This document shows positions 37,787 through 47,808 of a DNA stretch of 64,000 nucleotides, piece by piece. The stretch comes from an uncultured Alphaproteobacteria bacterium (GTDB lineage Bacteria > Pseudomonadota > Alphaproteobacteria > Rs-D84): the NCBI GenBank assembly GCA_944389495.1, contig CALXMN010000001.1, positions 7,551-71,550 of the forward strand, written 5' to 3'. Each line of letters begins with the position of its first letter. Within the stretch, counting starts at the first letter, position 1. The notes under the pieces are model-generated. The model made no database searches. It was given only the letters and a program-made list of their open reading frames with translations, and was not told the DNA's origin. A program made the position numbers and the translations under genes.

Positions 37787-38236
37787 ATGGCGCACAAAGA
37801 ATTTGTAAAATTATTTGAATCAAATATTTTGTTGTTTGATAAATTATCTGATCGGTTAAAACGTGGACCGTCGGCTTTGTCGGGTTATCCGCGGCAACAG
37901 TTAAGTATTTTGGTGCGGTTGCATATTGGTGGGCCGGCATTGTTAAAGGAAATTGCACGTCGTGAAATGGTAACGACGCCGAATTTGTGTGCGGCCTTTC
38001 GTAAATTAGAGCGCGATGGTCTGGTCCTGCGCAGAATTGACGACACAGATCGTCGCAATACGTGGTATTCGGTTACGAAAAAGGGTGAACAAATCGCGGG
38101 CCAGGCAATGGATTTAATGCGTGGCGCGATTGATAAACTGTTTGCCGGCATATCACGTGAAGACGAGGTTGCATTAACAGGCGCAATGAAAACTATAAAC
38201 AAGATTCTGGAAAAGATGGAGTTAACAAATGCATAA
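37787..38236 (+). CDS. MarR family regulator
   Basis: wHTH with LERDGLVLR..D..DRR....VT.KG. Confidence 0.9.
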   Translation: MAHKEFVKLFESNILLFDKLSDRLKRGPSALSGYPRQQLSILVRLHIGGPALLKEIARREMVTTPNLCAAFRKLERDGLVLRRIDDTDRRNTWYSVTKKGEQIAGQAMDLMRGAIDKLFAGISREDEVALTGAMKTINKILEKMELTNA

Positions 38237-39563
38237 TCTGAAACTGGCCGCGGTTGTAATGTGCGCGGTTGTTGCCACATCAAATGCATACGCAATGGAT
38301 TTATCATTAAATGATGCGGTTGATATGATTTTGGCTGAATCACAAGATTTGAAAAAGGCCGATGCCAACCTGAAAAAGGCCGAGGCGTCACTTGATTTGG
38401 CCAATTCAAATCGTTGGTTTAATATATCTGGTACCGCGACATATATGAATTTGATTGATGTGAAAAATCCGACCAAGTCATATTCTGTGAATATTCCGCC
38501 TGAATTGGGTGGGGTGCTGTCGCAAATGGTGGGGCAACAGGTTAATTTACCGGCCAGTTTGGATATCCCGGATAATATGTTTATGGCGGGTGTATCAGTT
38601 ACCCAGCCGATTTATACATTTGGAAAAATTGGCAATGCGGTAAAGTCGGTCAAGGCGGCGGTCAAAATGGCCGAATCCAACCAAGAATTAACTCGTCGGG
38701 CGGTTCGATACAGTGCGGTTGATATGTATTGGACGGCCAAGATGACGGATGAAATTGTTAAAATATCGCGTGCTGATTTGAATGCGGCACGTGATGCGCG
38801 CAAAAGTTTGACGTCGGCCGGACGTGCCAACCGCAGTAATTTGGTAAAAATAGAATCTGATATTGCGACCAAGGAAATTAATTTATCGAACGCAGAATTT
38901 AATCGTGATACCGCGCACAGAATGTTGAAAATTCTGGCGGGTATAGATATGAACGAAACATTAAATTTAACCGATGAATTCCCAGACGAATTTCCGGATT
39001 TAAATGCGGGCGAATTAACATCTACGCCACAATGGGATGTTTTGACAGAACAGATTCAGATGTACGAACGCAATGCCAAGTCCAAGCGTGATGGGGCCTT
39101 GCCGACATTGGCGGCAACCGCGTCATACGATTATATTGCATATGGCCCGAATATGGCAAATATGTTTGGTCATCATAATACCCAGTCTGCATATTGGGGG
39201 CTGGCGTTACAGATTCCGATTTTCAGTGGTGGTGCGAATATGGCGAATGCCACAATAGAGGCAATGAATGCCGAGGCCGCCCGTCAAGATCTGGATAAGG
39301 CAAAAAAAATGACAACCGAAGAATACACACGTGCCGTTGACCAGTACAATCATTTACGTGGCAACTTGGCAACATTGGAAAATGCACGTGATTTGGCGGC
39401 CAAAGCGTACGAGTTTTCCAGTGGTCGTTTTGCATCCGGCCAGACATCCGCCGTTGAATTGGCCGAGGTTTCCGCCGGTCTGTATCAATTGGATATGGCG
39501 TTATTGGATGCCAAGTACAATATTTTAATGTCTGCGGAATCTGTAAAAAAATTGGGTGAATAA
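38229..39563 (+). CDS. TolC family outer-membrane efflux protein
   Basis: Signal peptide, LSLNDAV, QPIYTFG and IPIFSGG repeats, helical heptads. Confidence 0.9.
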   Translation: MHNLKLAAVVMCAVVATSNAYAMDLSLNDAVDMILAESQDLKKADANLKKAEASLDLANSNRWFNISGTATYMNLIDVKNPTKSYSVNIPPELGGVLSQMVGQQVNLPASLDIPDNMFMAGVSVTQPIYTFGKIGNAVKSVKAAVKMAESNQELTRRAVRYSAVDMYWTAKMTDEIVKISRADLNAARDARKSLTSAGRANRSNLVKIESDIATKEINLSNAEFNRDTAHRMLKILAGIDMNETLNLTDEFPDEFPDLNAGELTSTPQWDVLTEQIQMYERNAKSKRDGALPTLAATASYDYIAYGPNMANMFGHHNTQSAYWGLALQIPIFSGGANMANATIEAMNAEAARQDLDKAKKMTTEEYTRAVDQYNHLRGNLATLENARDLAAKAYEFSSGRFASGQTSAVELAEVSAGLYQLDMALLDAKYNILMSAESVKKLGE

Positions 39564-39565
39564 AA

Positions 39566-40162
39566 ATGGAACAAGTGTTAATCAAGTTAAAATCAGAAAA
39601 GGTAAAACGTACGCTGTATGGGGCGTGTCTTGTGGCGTTAATTGGATGGTGTATATTTCGCTTTGCGGCGATTGGTGTGGAAAATGCACGCGCGGTGTTT
39701 AATCCGGCACGCTATGCCACGGATGTTGGGGCGCCCGTTTATGCGATGGATGTATCGCGCGAATCCGGCGTTCTGCGCGAACCCATAGAAATCAAAAATA
39801 ATCGTGCGTTGGTATCCAGTGTGCGTGTTGATAAATTACAACCCGGCCAGCGTGTTGACGATGGTGAAATTGTATCTGTATCACGTGACATAGATTTAAA
39901 TACGGGTATGCACATTGTTCGCACTCGTGGGGTGTCGGATGGTCTGCATTATGCAGAATACCAAACAGATGGATATTTTATTCCGTTATATGCGGTAAAT
40001 AATGGTGTTGTTATGTTGGATGTTGATGGCATTGCCACACCACGGGACGTTGATGTTTTGCGGTCTGATGCACAAACGGCGTTGGTATCTGGGCTGGCCG
40101 ATGGCGATATTGTTATTTTGTCCCAGATTGATGCCGGTGACCGTGTCCAGATTATAAAATAA
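39566..40162 (+). CDS. Short periplasmic adaptor (MFP)-like protein
   Basis: N-terminal TM, IDLNTG, IPLYAV, SGLADGDIVI; only 198 aa. Confidence 0.65.
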   Translation: MEQVLIKLKSEKVKRTLYGACLVALIGWCIFRFAAIGVENARAVFNPARYATDVGAPVYAMDVSRESGVLREPIEIKNNRALVSSVRVDKLQPGQRVDDGEIVSVSRDIDLNTGMHIVRTRGVSDGLHYAEYQTDGYFIPLYAVNNGVVMLDVDGIATPRDVDVLRSDAQTALVSGLADGDIVILSQIDAGDRVQIIK

Positions 40163-40201
40163 AAATATGCGTTAAAGAATTTTTTTCAGGGGGAATTTAC
40201 T

Positions 40202-43200
40202 ATGTTAAAGTTTTTCGTTCGCAGACCTGTTACAACGGTTATGTTTGTTTTGTTTTGGGTTGTGTTGGGTTTTGTATCTTTTCCAAAGATGAACATTGAA
40301 CGCACACCATCGGTTGAAATGCCGATGGTAACGGCGACCTTTATTTATCCCGGTGCGGCACCATCTGAAATAGAATCCCAAGTTATCAAGCGTGCCGAAG
40401 ACGCAATATCTGAAGTTTCCGAAATCAAAAAAATTACATCCCAGGCGTTTGAAAATGGTGGCTTTGTGATGGCAGAATTTAACATCGGCGTGGATGTTAA
40501 TGACAAAGCGACCGAGGTAAAAACAAAACTTGATTCATTGGTGTCTGAATTCCCCACAGATATGGAACAGCCCGTCGTTGAAAAATTAAACCCACTGGAA
40601 CAGCCGGTTGTTGATATTATGATAACTGGGGATAACCTGCGTGATTTACAGGAATATGTGGATGACACATTGTCCAACAAGATTACCGGAATTGCGGGCG
40701 TGGCCAGTGTGGATGTCTTTGGTGGGAAAACGCGTGCGGTTCGTATTGCAATGAATCCGGAATTATTGGCGGCGCGTGGTGCGACGGTAATGGATGTCGT
40801 GTCTGCATTGGGGGCACGCAATTTGAATGTTCCGGGTGGCAAAATTGAATTTGGCACAAATTCGTCAAACGTTCGTTTTGTGGGCGAATTTTCCAGTGTC
40901 GATGAAATTGCAAATTTACAGTTAACCACGGTCGAAGGCCAGCGGTTCAAGTTGTCTGATATTGCGACCGTAACAGATGCGGCGCGTGATCTGGAAAACG
41001 GTGCACGTTATAATGGGCGTGATGTTATTATTGCATCTGTTGTCAAGTCGTCTGATGGGAATGCGATAAATGTATCGCGTGCATTGCGGGATCAAATGCC
41101 GGCCTTAACCGCAGATTTACAATCAGAATTCCCCGATGCCACGATGGAAATCATATCTGATTCTTCGACCGCAATTGCCGATGAAACATACGGCACAATC
41201 GAAGGCATTATTTTGGGGGTTATATTCACAGTATTGGTTTTGTTGGCGTTTACGCGTAACTGGCGTTCAACGATTATTGCAGGCGTTGTGATACCTGCGT
41301 CATTAATTGCCGGATTTTTCTTTATGGATGCCAGTAATTTTACAATCAATGCATTAACATTGTTGGCGTATTCATCGGCATTGGGCACATTGGTGTCAAA
41401 CGCAATTATTTTAATAGAATCTGCCTTGCAGGAAATGCGCAACGGAAAAAATCCCGAAGATGCCGCAATTGACGGTACCAAAAAAGTTGCCGTATCTGTA
41501 TTGGCGGGCGTCGGGACAAATGTGGTGGTATTTTTACCATTGGCCTTTATGGGCGGTATAGCAGGTCAATTTATGAACCAATTTGGTATGACGGTTGTAT
41601 ATCTGACATTGTTGTCATTACTGTTCTCGTTCACATTGACACCGATGATGATTGCCAAATTTTTGCGTCTGACGAATAATAAAAAGTCCGGTCGCGCCCA
41701 ATCGGCCAAGACGGTTCGTGCCGCGGTTGTATCCCCGGACAAAAAAGACGCATCGGCAAAGAAGTCGCGTCTGCGCCGTTGGTTTGATTACCAGCACGCA
41801 CATCCGTGGCGCGTTGTTGCGATGGCACTTGCACTGTTATTGGTAACGGCCGGCTTAATGAAATTTGTCGGCAGTGAATTCGCCCCATCAACCGACACAA
41901 ACGAAATAAACATTACTGCGCGTGCGCCAATGGGGGCCACGTATGAAAAATCATCCGAAATCGCCGCCCAAATAGAAAAAAAGTTGGCTGATTTTGATGA
42001 GGTCCAGGCCGTATCTGTAAAAATTGGCGATCGTGGTCTGCAAAATATTGCGGTTAAGTTAACGTTGGTTGACGTATCGGAACGCAGTAAATCTGACCAA
42101 GAAATTGCGCGTGATATTATGCCGGTGTTGGCCCAGATTCCGGATGTCGAAATCCAGGTCAGTGCGGGTGCCGCCATATCGGCCGGAACATCCAATGCAG
42201 ATATTGTATTAAACGTATACGGTGCAGATGATGCAAAACGTACGGCGTATGCAAATCAAATTCTGGGTATGATAAACCACTTGCCCGAGGTGCAAACCGC
42301 CGTCCTGGCCCAGCAAAAGCCGGCCACTGAAACCCAGTTTGTCCCCGACGAAGATAAAATGAATTCTTGGGGTATAAACAATTCTTATGCGGGATTGACT
42401 TTGCGTACGGCATTGTATGGTAATGATGATTACAAGTACAAAGAAAACGGCGAAGAATACCCAATAATTTTGGAATTTGCCAAGCCTTTTAAAACAATGG
42501 GTATGTTTGATACCGTGTTTGTAAATTCCCAGCGTGGAATGGTACCATTGTCTGAATTGGGCAAGATCCAGGTTGTTGATGCCACACCCGAAATTATGCG
42601 TATTGACAAGAATCGTATAACAGAAATCGATGTTACACTTGGCAAGTCTACAATGGGGCCGGTCCAAAAAAAGATAGAGGTCGCCATTGCAAAAATTGAC
42701 TGGGATGCGGGCTATGGCGTTGAATTTGGTGGTATGTCTGAAATCCAGGGTGAAACAACAACCGAAATTGGAAATGCGTTTATGCTGGCGGTTATATTAA
42801 CGTATATGTTATTGGCGGCGATATTAAATTCGTTGGCACATCCATTTACAATTGCAACATCTATTGTGACCAGTTTTGCGGGCGTGTTTGCGTTGATGTT
42901 CTTGTCGGGCGCGACAATGAATGTTGGGGCGATGTTGGCATTTGTTATGTTGGTTGGATTGGTTGTTAATAACAATATTCTTGTTCTGGAACCGACGGTT
43001 AACCGTATTGCAAACGGTGAAAATGCGTCCGAAGCCCTGTGGACGGAATTAAAAGATAAACAATCAATGGTTTTAATGACGTCCATTGCGGTTATAACCG
43101 GTATGATACCCCAATTATGGTCAACCGATGGGATGAAGGTTGCAATGGGTGCGGTTATGATTGGCGGTATGTTTGCCAGTATGATATTTACATTTGTACT

Positions 43201-43264
43201 GACGCCGGCATTGTTCTTTTTGGTGGAACGCGGCCGTCAAAGATTACGTCGTGGCAATAAATAA
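40202..43264 (+). CDS. RND family (AcrB-like) permease
   Basis: RRPVTT, YPGAAPSEIE, N.NVPGG, TLTPMM; 12-TM RND layout. Confidence 0.92.
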   Translation: MLKFFVRRPVTTVMFVLFWVVLGFVSFPKMNIERTPSVEMPMVTATFIYPGAAPSEIESQVIKRAEDAISEVSEIKKITSQAFENGGFVMAEFNIGVDVNDKATEVKTKLDSLVSEFPTDMEQPVVEKLNPLEQPVVDIMITGDNLRDLQEYVDDTLSNKITGIAGVASVDVFGGKTRAVRIAMNPELLAARGATVMDVVSALGARNLNVPGGKIEFGTNSSNVRFVGEFSSVDEIANLQLTTVEGQRFKLSDIATVTDAARDLENGARYNGRDVIIASVVKSSDGNAINVSRALRDQMPALTADLQSEFPDATMEIISDSSTAIADETYGTIEGIILGVIFTVLVLLAFTRNWRSTIIAGVVIPASLIAGFFFMDASNFTINALTLLAYSSALGTLVSNAIILIESALQEMRNGKNPEDAAIDGTKKVAVSVLAGVGTNVVVFLPLAFMGGIAGQFMNQFGMTVVYLTLLSLLFSFTLTPMMIAKFLRLTNNKKSGRAQSAKTVRAAVVSPDKKDASAKKSRLRRWFDYQHAHPWRVVAMALALLLVTAGLMKFVGSEFAPSTDTNEINITARAPMGATYEKSSEIAAQIEKKLADFDEVQAVSVKIGDRGLQNIAVKLTLVDVSERSKSDQEIARDIMPVLAQIPDVEIQVSAGAAISAGTSNADIVLNVYGADDAKRTAYANQILGMINHLPEVQTAVLAQQKPATETQFVPDEDKMNSWGINNSYAGLTLRTALYGNDDYKYKENGEEYPIILEFAKPFKTMGMFDTVFVNSQRGMVPLSELGKIQVVDATPEIMRIDKNRITEIDVTLGKSTMGPVQKKIEVAIAKIDWDAGYGVEFGGMSEIQGETTTEIGNAFMLAVILTYMLLAAILNSLAHPFTIATSIVTSFAGVFALMFLSGATMNVGAMLAFVMLVGLVVNNNILVLEPTVNRIANGENASEALWTELKDKQSMVLMTSIAVITGMIPQLWSTDGMKVAMGAVMIGGMFASMIFTFVLTPALFFLVERGRQRLRRGNK

Positions 43265-43288
43265 AAATGGGGCATCGGCCCCATTTTT
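43263..43288 (+). terminator. Intrinsic terminator
   Basis: AAAAATGGGGC-ATCG-GCCCCATTTTT. Confidence 0.8.
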
Positions 43289-43346
43289 ATTGCAAAATTA
43301 AAAAAAAGATTGTTATAATTCCACCGAATTATCAAAGGATTTATAT

Positions 43347-43958
43347 ATGTTAAAGAAAGAAGATGTTGTCGTTTTTGATTTTGATGGGACGTTATCTGGT
43401 CGTGATACCAGTATGGAATTTGTAAAGTATTGTTTTCGTCATTCTGGTCGTCCGTGGTTGTATTTACCATTGATTGGCGTCGGTCTGATTGGTCGCTGGT
43501 TAAATCCGTCCGGGATTTGGTGGCGCCAGGCAACGCGTCGCTTTTTGACGCCGGAAATGATACGGCGTTTTGCGCCCGCGTTTATAAAACAGCATCGTCG
43601 TGAACGTTTCGGCTGGTCCAAGGACCAGGTGGCCAAAGAACGTGCCGATGGGCGCAGTGTTGTTTTAATTTCTGCCAGTCCAGATTATTTGTTGCCACAA
43701 TTGGTGCGCGATATTAAGTTTGATGCGGTATTGTGTTCGCGTATGGATGAAAATCATCCGTGGAAATATGAATTTTTGTGCTGGGGCCAGAACAAGGTTG
43801 TCGCAATGGATGAATGGGCCAAAAAAAATCATATGATTCCGCGTGTGGTGCGTTCTTATTCAGACAGTAAATCAGATATGCCGCTGATGGAAATTGCCGC
43901 GGAACAGGTATGGGTCGATAAAAAAACCGGGTTAAGAAAATCGTCCTGGTGCAAATAA
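43347..43958 (+). CDS. HAD-IB family hydrolase
   Basis: FDFDGTL, ISAS, K, YSDSKSD motifs. Confidence 0.88.
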   Translation: MLKKEDVVVFDFDGTLSGRDTSMEFVKYCFRHSGRPWLYLPLIGVGLIGRWLNPSGIWWRQATRRFLTPEMIRRFAPAFIKQHRRERFGWSKDQVAKERADGRSVVLISASPDYLLPQLVRDIKFDAVLCSRMDENHPWKYEFLCWGQNKVVAMDEWAKKNHMIPRVVRSYSDSKSDMPLMEIAAEQVWVDKKTGLRKSSWCK

Positions 43959-43983
43959 GGCATCAATCCGTTATAATCACAGT

Positions 43984-44223
43984 ATGGTTATAACGGATGT
44001 TTTATATGATTTAACGGTTGGCGTTGCGGGCGCGGTATTGGGGGCGCTGATAATGTTGGTGTTCAGCCATAAAAAAACGCGTCGTTTGTCGGATGAAATT
44101 TTGGTTAATCGCAAAGATTTAGAAAATTTACGCCTGGAAAACAATCGCTTGATTGAAACCATCAAAGACCGTGAAAATCAAATCCTGGCCCTGCAACGCA
44201 AAATTTTGAACAAGAAAAAATAA
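43984..44223 (+). CDS. Small membrane-anchored coiled-coil protein
   Basis: One TM followed by a heptad region. Confidence 0.7.
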   Translation: MVITDVLYDLTVGVAGAVLGALIMLVFSHKKTRRLSDEILVNRKDLENLRLENNRLIETIKDRENQILALQRKILNKKK

Positions 44224-44345
44224 TTGTCATTATACATAAGGTTACCCACAATACGCGCATAAATAATATACATTATACGCGTATTATTATTTTATATTGT
44301 TATCACAGTGGTAACCCGACAATCGGGGTTAAAATTTACACGTAA

Positions 44346-45227
44346 TTAATCTGCGTCTGTGCCAAAATCCATATCGCGCAATTTTTCGGCCCGCGGGGCG
44401 ATTTTTCCAATGGATGTTTGCAATTGTTCTATGTCTGTTACCGCCAGATTAAAGTGTTGTTGTACCTTGGTCGCGCGATCAGACAGACGCGCCAGGTCGG
44501 CCAGCAATAAATCCAGTTCGCGTTTTATTTTATCCGCCACACGTTTTATTTTTATATCAGACAACACCGCGCGTATCGTGTTCAGTGTTGCCCACAATGT
44601 TGATGGCGATACAATAAACACCTTGCGTCGGGCGGCATAATCAACGATTCCCGGAAAATTTCTGTGCAGTGTTTCAAATATTGATTCTGATGCAATAAAC
44701 ATCATTGCAGAATCCGCGGTTTTCCCGGGGATGATATATTTATCTGCGATTGCGTCGATATGTTTGCGCACATCCAATTCGAATTGCTTTTTTGCGCCAT
44801 CTTCATTTTGTGCGGTCATACGGTTATAACTTTCCAATGGAAATTTACTGTCGATAATCATATCGCCCGGCGGATACGGCAGACGTATTATACAGTCCGG
44901 TCGTACCCCTGTATCCAGCACGGTTTGAAAAGAATACGTATCGGGTGGCATAATATCGGCAACCAAGTCCGCCAATTGGCGTTCACCAAATGTGCCACGT
45001 GCCTGTTTGTTGCCCATCAATATATTCTTAAAATTGGCAATATCTGCGCTGATGTTTTTTAATTCGATTGCATTTTGACTTAACGCGCCAAGGCGTTCCG
45101 CCAATCGTTCGCGCAGACGTGCATTATCTTCACGCAGGGATGAAATGTCCACCGTTGGCCGGCGCATCAACAGCGCAATTAATAATATGATTATTATAAA
45201 CAGTAATACAAAAATATAGGTTGTCAT
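44346..45227 (-). CDS. rmuC: DNA recombination protein RmuC
   Basis: RGTFGE.QL, RPD.II.LP, IDSKFP, KYI.PG.T.D.A.MF, SPSTL. Confidence 0.93.
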   Translation of the reverse strand: MTTYIFVLLFIIIILLIALLMRRPTVDISSLREDNARLRERLAERLGALSQNAIELKNISADIANFKNILMGNKQARGTFGERQLADLVADIMPPDTYSFQTVLDTGVRPDCIIRLPYPPGDMIIDSKFPLESYNRMTAQNEDGAKKQFELDVRKHIDAIADKYIIPGKTADSAMMFIASESIFETLHRNFPGIVDYAARRKVFIVSPSTLWATLNTIRAVLSDIKIKRVADKIKRELDLLLADLARLSDRATKVQQHFNLAVTDIEQLQTSIGKIAPRAEKLRDMDFGTDAD

Positions 45228-45269
45228 TTTCCAATCCTTTGCTAAAATCCATTATAAAAGGATTTGTAT

Positions 45270-45770
45270 ATGTTGCAAATGAAACTTTGTGGTGATTTGA
45301 TTTTGCGGGAAAAGTGTGAACCCGTGACTGAAATTACCCCGGATGTTTTGGATATAATGAATGAAATGGTGGAAATGATGCGGGCCCAGAATGGCGTTGG
45401 TCTGGCCGCGCCCCAGGTTGGACAACTAAAGCGATTTTTGGTTATGATGGACCCGGATACAGAAACGGTGTTCAAGATGATAAACCCACAAATTATTACA
45501 CGCAGTTCCGATACCTGCACAATAGAAGAGGGATGCCTGTCTGTTTTGGGATCGGATAATTTACCGGTATACGCGAACGTTACGCGTCCCGCGTCCGTTG
45601 ATGTTACGTGGACAGACGAAACCGGAAACCAGGTGGGGGCAAAAATGTCCGGACTGCCGGCGCGTATTGTTCAGCACGAAACCGACCATCTTGACGGTAT
45701 ATTATTTATTGACTATCTGTCGCCGGTGCGTCGTGAAATGGTTATGCGAAAGGTTCGGAAACACAAATGA
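45270..45770 (+). CDS. def: Peptide deformylase
   Basis: GVGLAAPQ, EGCLS, QHETDHLDG. Confidence 0.97.
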   Translation: MLQMKLCGDLILREKCEPVTEITPDVLDIMNEMVEMMRAQNGVGLAAPQVGQLKRFLVMMDPDTETVFKMINPQIITRSSDTCTIEEGCLSVLGSDNLPVYANVTRPASVDVTWTDETGNQVGAKMSGLPARIVQHETDHLDGILFIDYLSPVRREMVMRKVRKHK

Positions 45771-46573
45771 AATTGGTCTTGATGGGCACAAATGATTTTG
45801 TTGTGCCAATATTTGAAGCAATACGAAATGCTGGTCACGAAATTATGGCCGTCTTTACGCGCGCGCCACGGCCGGTTGGGCGTAAACAGATTTTAACCCC
45901 GTCGCCTGTGCATACGTGGGCTGTATCGAACAGTTTACCGGTGTTTACCAGTATTCGTGAATATAATTTTTCACCGGATATGGTTGTGGTTGTGTCATAT
46001 GGTGTAATATTACGTGATAATGTATTGGCATCTGCCCCGTGTGTGAATGTTCACCCCAGTCGTTTACCGCAATATCGCGGGCCGTCGCCAATACGCACGG
46101 CGATTTATAATGGCGATGAAAAATCGGCTGTGTGTTTGATGCAAGTAACACCCGAAATGGATGCGGGTGACATCTATATGTGTCGTGAATTTGACATTGG
46201 CGAAAACGATACCAACCAAGATATTGAAAGTATTGTGTCAAAAATCGGTGCAGAAATGTTGGTCGAATATTTATCAAATCCGTCTGCGTATACCCCCACC
46301 GCCCAGGTTGGCACCCCAACATATACGCGCAAGTTTACGGGGGCCGATGAAATAATTGATTGGCGTCGTACACCACGTGAAATTCATAATCAAATTCGTG
46401 CGATTGGTGCGGGGCGTACCAAAATTAATGGTGTGGATGTAAAAATATTGGATACGCGTGTTGTGGATAATAAACTGGAAATTTTGCGGATTCAGCCGGC
46501 CGGTAAAAAGCCGATGGATTGGAAAAGTTTCTTAAATGGTCTGCACGGTGCAGAAATAAAATTTGGTGAATAA
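45767..46573 (+). CDS. fmt: Methionyl-tRNA formyltransferase
   Basis: MGT..F, NVHPS.LP.YRG.SPI, MDAGD; follows def. Confidence 0.93.
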   Translation: MKLVLMGTNDFVVPIFEAIRNAGHEIMAVFTRAPRPVGRKQILTPSPVHTWAVSNSLPVFTSIREYNFSPDMVVVVSYGVILRDNVLASAPCVNVHPSRLPQYRGPSPIRTAIYNGDEKSAVCLMQVTPEMDAGDIYMCREFDIGENDTNQDIESIVSKIGAEMLVEYLSNPSAYTPTAQVGTPTYTRKFTGADEIIDWRRTPREIHNQIRAIGAGRTKINGVDVKILDTRVVDNKLEILRIQPAGKKPMDWKSFLNGLHGAEIKFGE

Positions 46574-46574
46574 A

Positions 46575-46835
46575 ATGTATGTTGAAAAATATTGTAAATA
46601 TAAAAAACAAAAAACCATTTTGAACGAGGTTAATTTAAATTGTACCTGTATTGATTGTGAAAATGACGCGTGCTTTACCCGTCGTGATATTGGGTGCAAA
46701 TATGCATATTCCACGTGTGCGGAATATGTCGCGGCAAAAATAGACCCAGAATACAAAATGGAAAAAGAGCGTATGTGTCGTATGTGCCTTGATATGGCGG
46801 CGCGTTGTTTAAAACGAAATCAAAAGGAAAAATAA
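46575..46835 (+). CDS. Small Cys-rich hypothetical protein
   Basis: Multiple CxxC-like clusters, basic tail NQKEK. Confidence 0.55.
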   Translation: MYVEKYCKYKKQKTILNEVNLNCTCIDCENDACFTRRDIGCKYAYSTCAEYVAAKIDPEYKMEKERMCRMCLDMAARCLKRNQKEK

Positions 46836-47044
46836 ATGATTAAAAAAATGATTGTGTACACCAAGATTATCCACCACATTGGTGCAAATATTGTTACTTT
46901 TTGTGGTGTTATCGTGGGAACAATGCGTGTGGGTATGATAACTTGTTGCGTATGTTATTGATGGGGCCCAAGATTGTAAAATTCGACGACACGTGTAAAC
47001 ACTTTAAATATGCCGACAAATATAAAAATCAAAAAGTAAGATAG
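46836..47044 (+). pseudogene. Small Cys-rich ORF interrupted by a frameshift in an A7 run
   Basis: ATG ATT A7 then a 64-codon open -1 frame (DCVHQ...WCKYC...NQKVR) lacking its own ATG start. Confidence 0.45.
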
Positions 47045-47049
47045 TTTAT

Positions 47050-47808
47050 ATGACGCGGTACAAAATAGAACTTGAATACGACGGCAGTGATTTAATCGGT
47101 TGGCAACAAAATCGCCAGGGCCCATCGGTCCAGTCGTTGTTAATGGACGCAATTGAACGCTTTTGTGGTGCGCGTCCAGACGTTGTTGCCGCCGGTCGTA
47201 CAGATGCAGGCGTGCACGCGATTTCGATGACGGCACATTTTGATTTGAATGCAATGCCCGATGCAAATACGGTTATGCGCGCATTAAATTTTTATTTGAT
47301 GGAATTTCCTGTGTCTGTGTTGAATTGTGGTATTGTGTCGGATGATTTTAATGCGCGCTTTTCGTGTACGTGTCGGCACTATAAATATTATGTATTAAAT
47401 CGCGCGTCGCATCCGGTATTAAACAAGAATCGTGTATGGTGGGTCCCGCGCAAATTGAACGTTTCTGCGATGCGTCGCGCCGCCACAAAATTAATTGGCA
47501 ATCACGATTTTACCAGTTTTCGTGCATCCCAGTGCCAGGCAAAAAGTCCCATAAAAACATTGGATACGTGCAAGATAACGCGTCGTGGCGATATGGTGAT
47601 ATTTGAATTTTCTGCACGTTCTTTTCTGCATCACCAGGTGCGAAATATGGTTGGGACGCTGGTTGAAATTGGACTGGGTAAGCCATATGACATAGATGAA
47701 ATTTTTGCCGCCCGTAATCGCAGTGCCGCGGGCCCAACCGCGCCGGCATCGGGGTTGTATTTTATTCGGGCGGATTATGCCACGGACGTGTCCGTGAAAC
47801 ATACTTGA
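47050..47808 (+). CDS. truA: tRNA pseudouridine(38-40) synthase
   Basis: YDGS...GWQ, AGRTDAGVHA, FNARFS, HDFTSF, FLHHQVR. Confidence 0.97.
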   Translation: MTRYKIELEYDGSDLIGWQQNRQGPSVQSLLMDAIERFCGARPDVVAAGRTDAGVHAISMTAHFDLNAMPDANTVMRALNFYLMEFPVSVLNCGIVSDDFNARFSCTCRHYKYYVLNRASHPVLNKNRVWWVPRKLNVSAMRRAATKLIGNHDFTSFRASQCQAKSPIKTLDTCKITRRGDMVIFEFSARSFLHHQVRNMVGTLVEIGLGKPYDIDEIFAARNRSAAGPTAPASGLYFIRADYATDVSVKHT

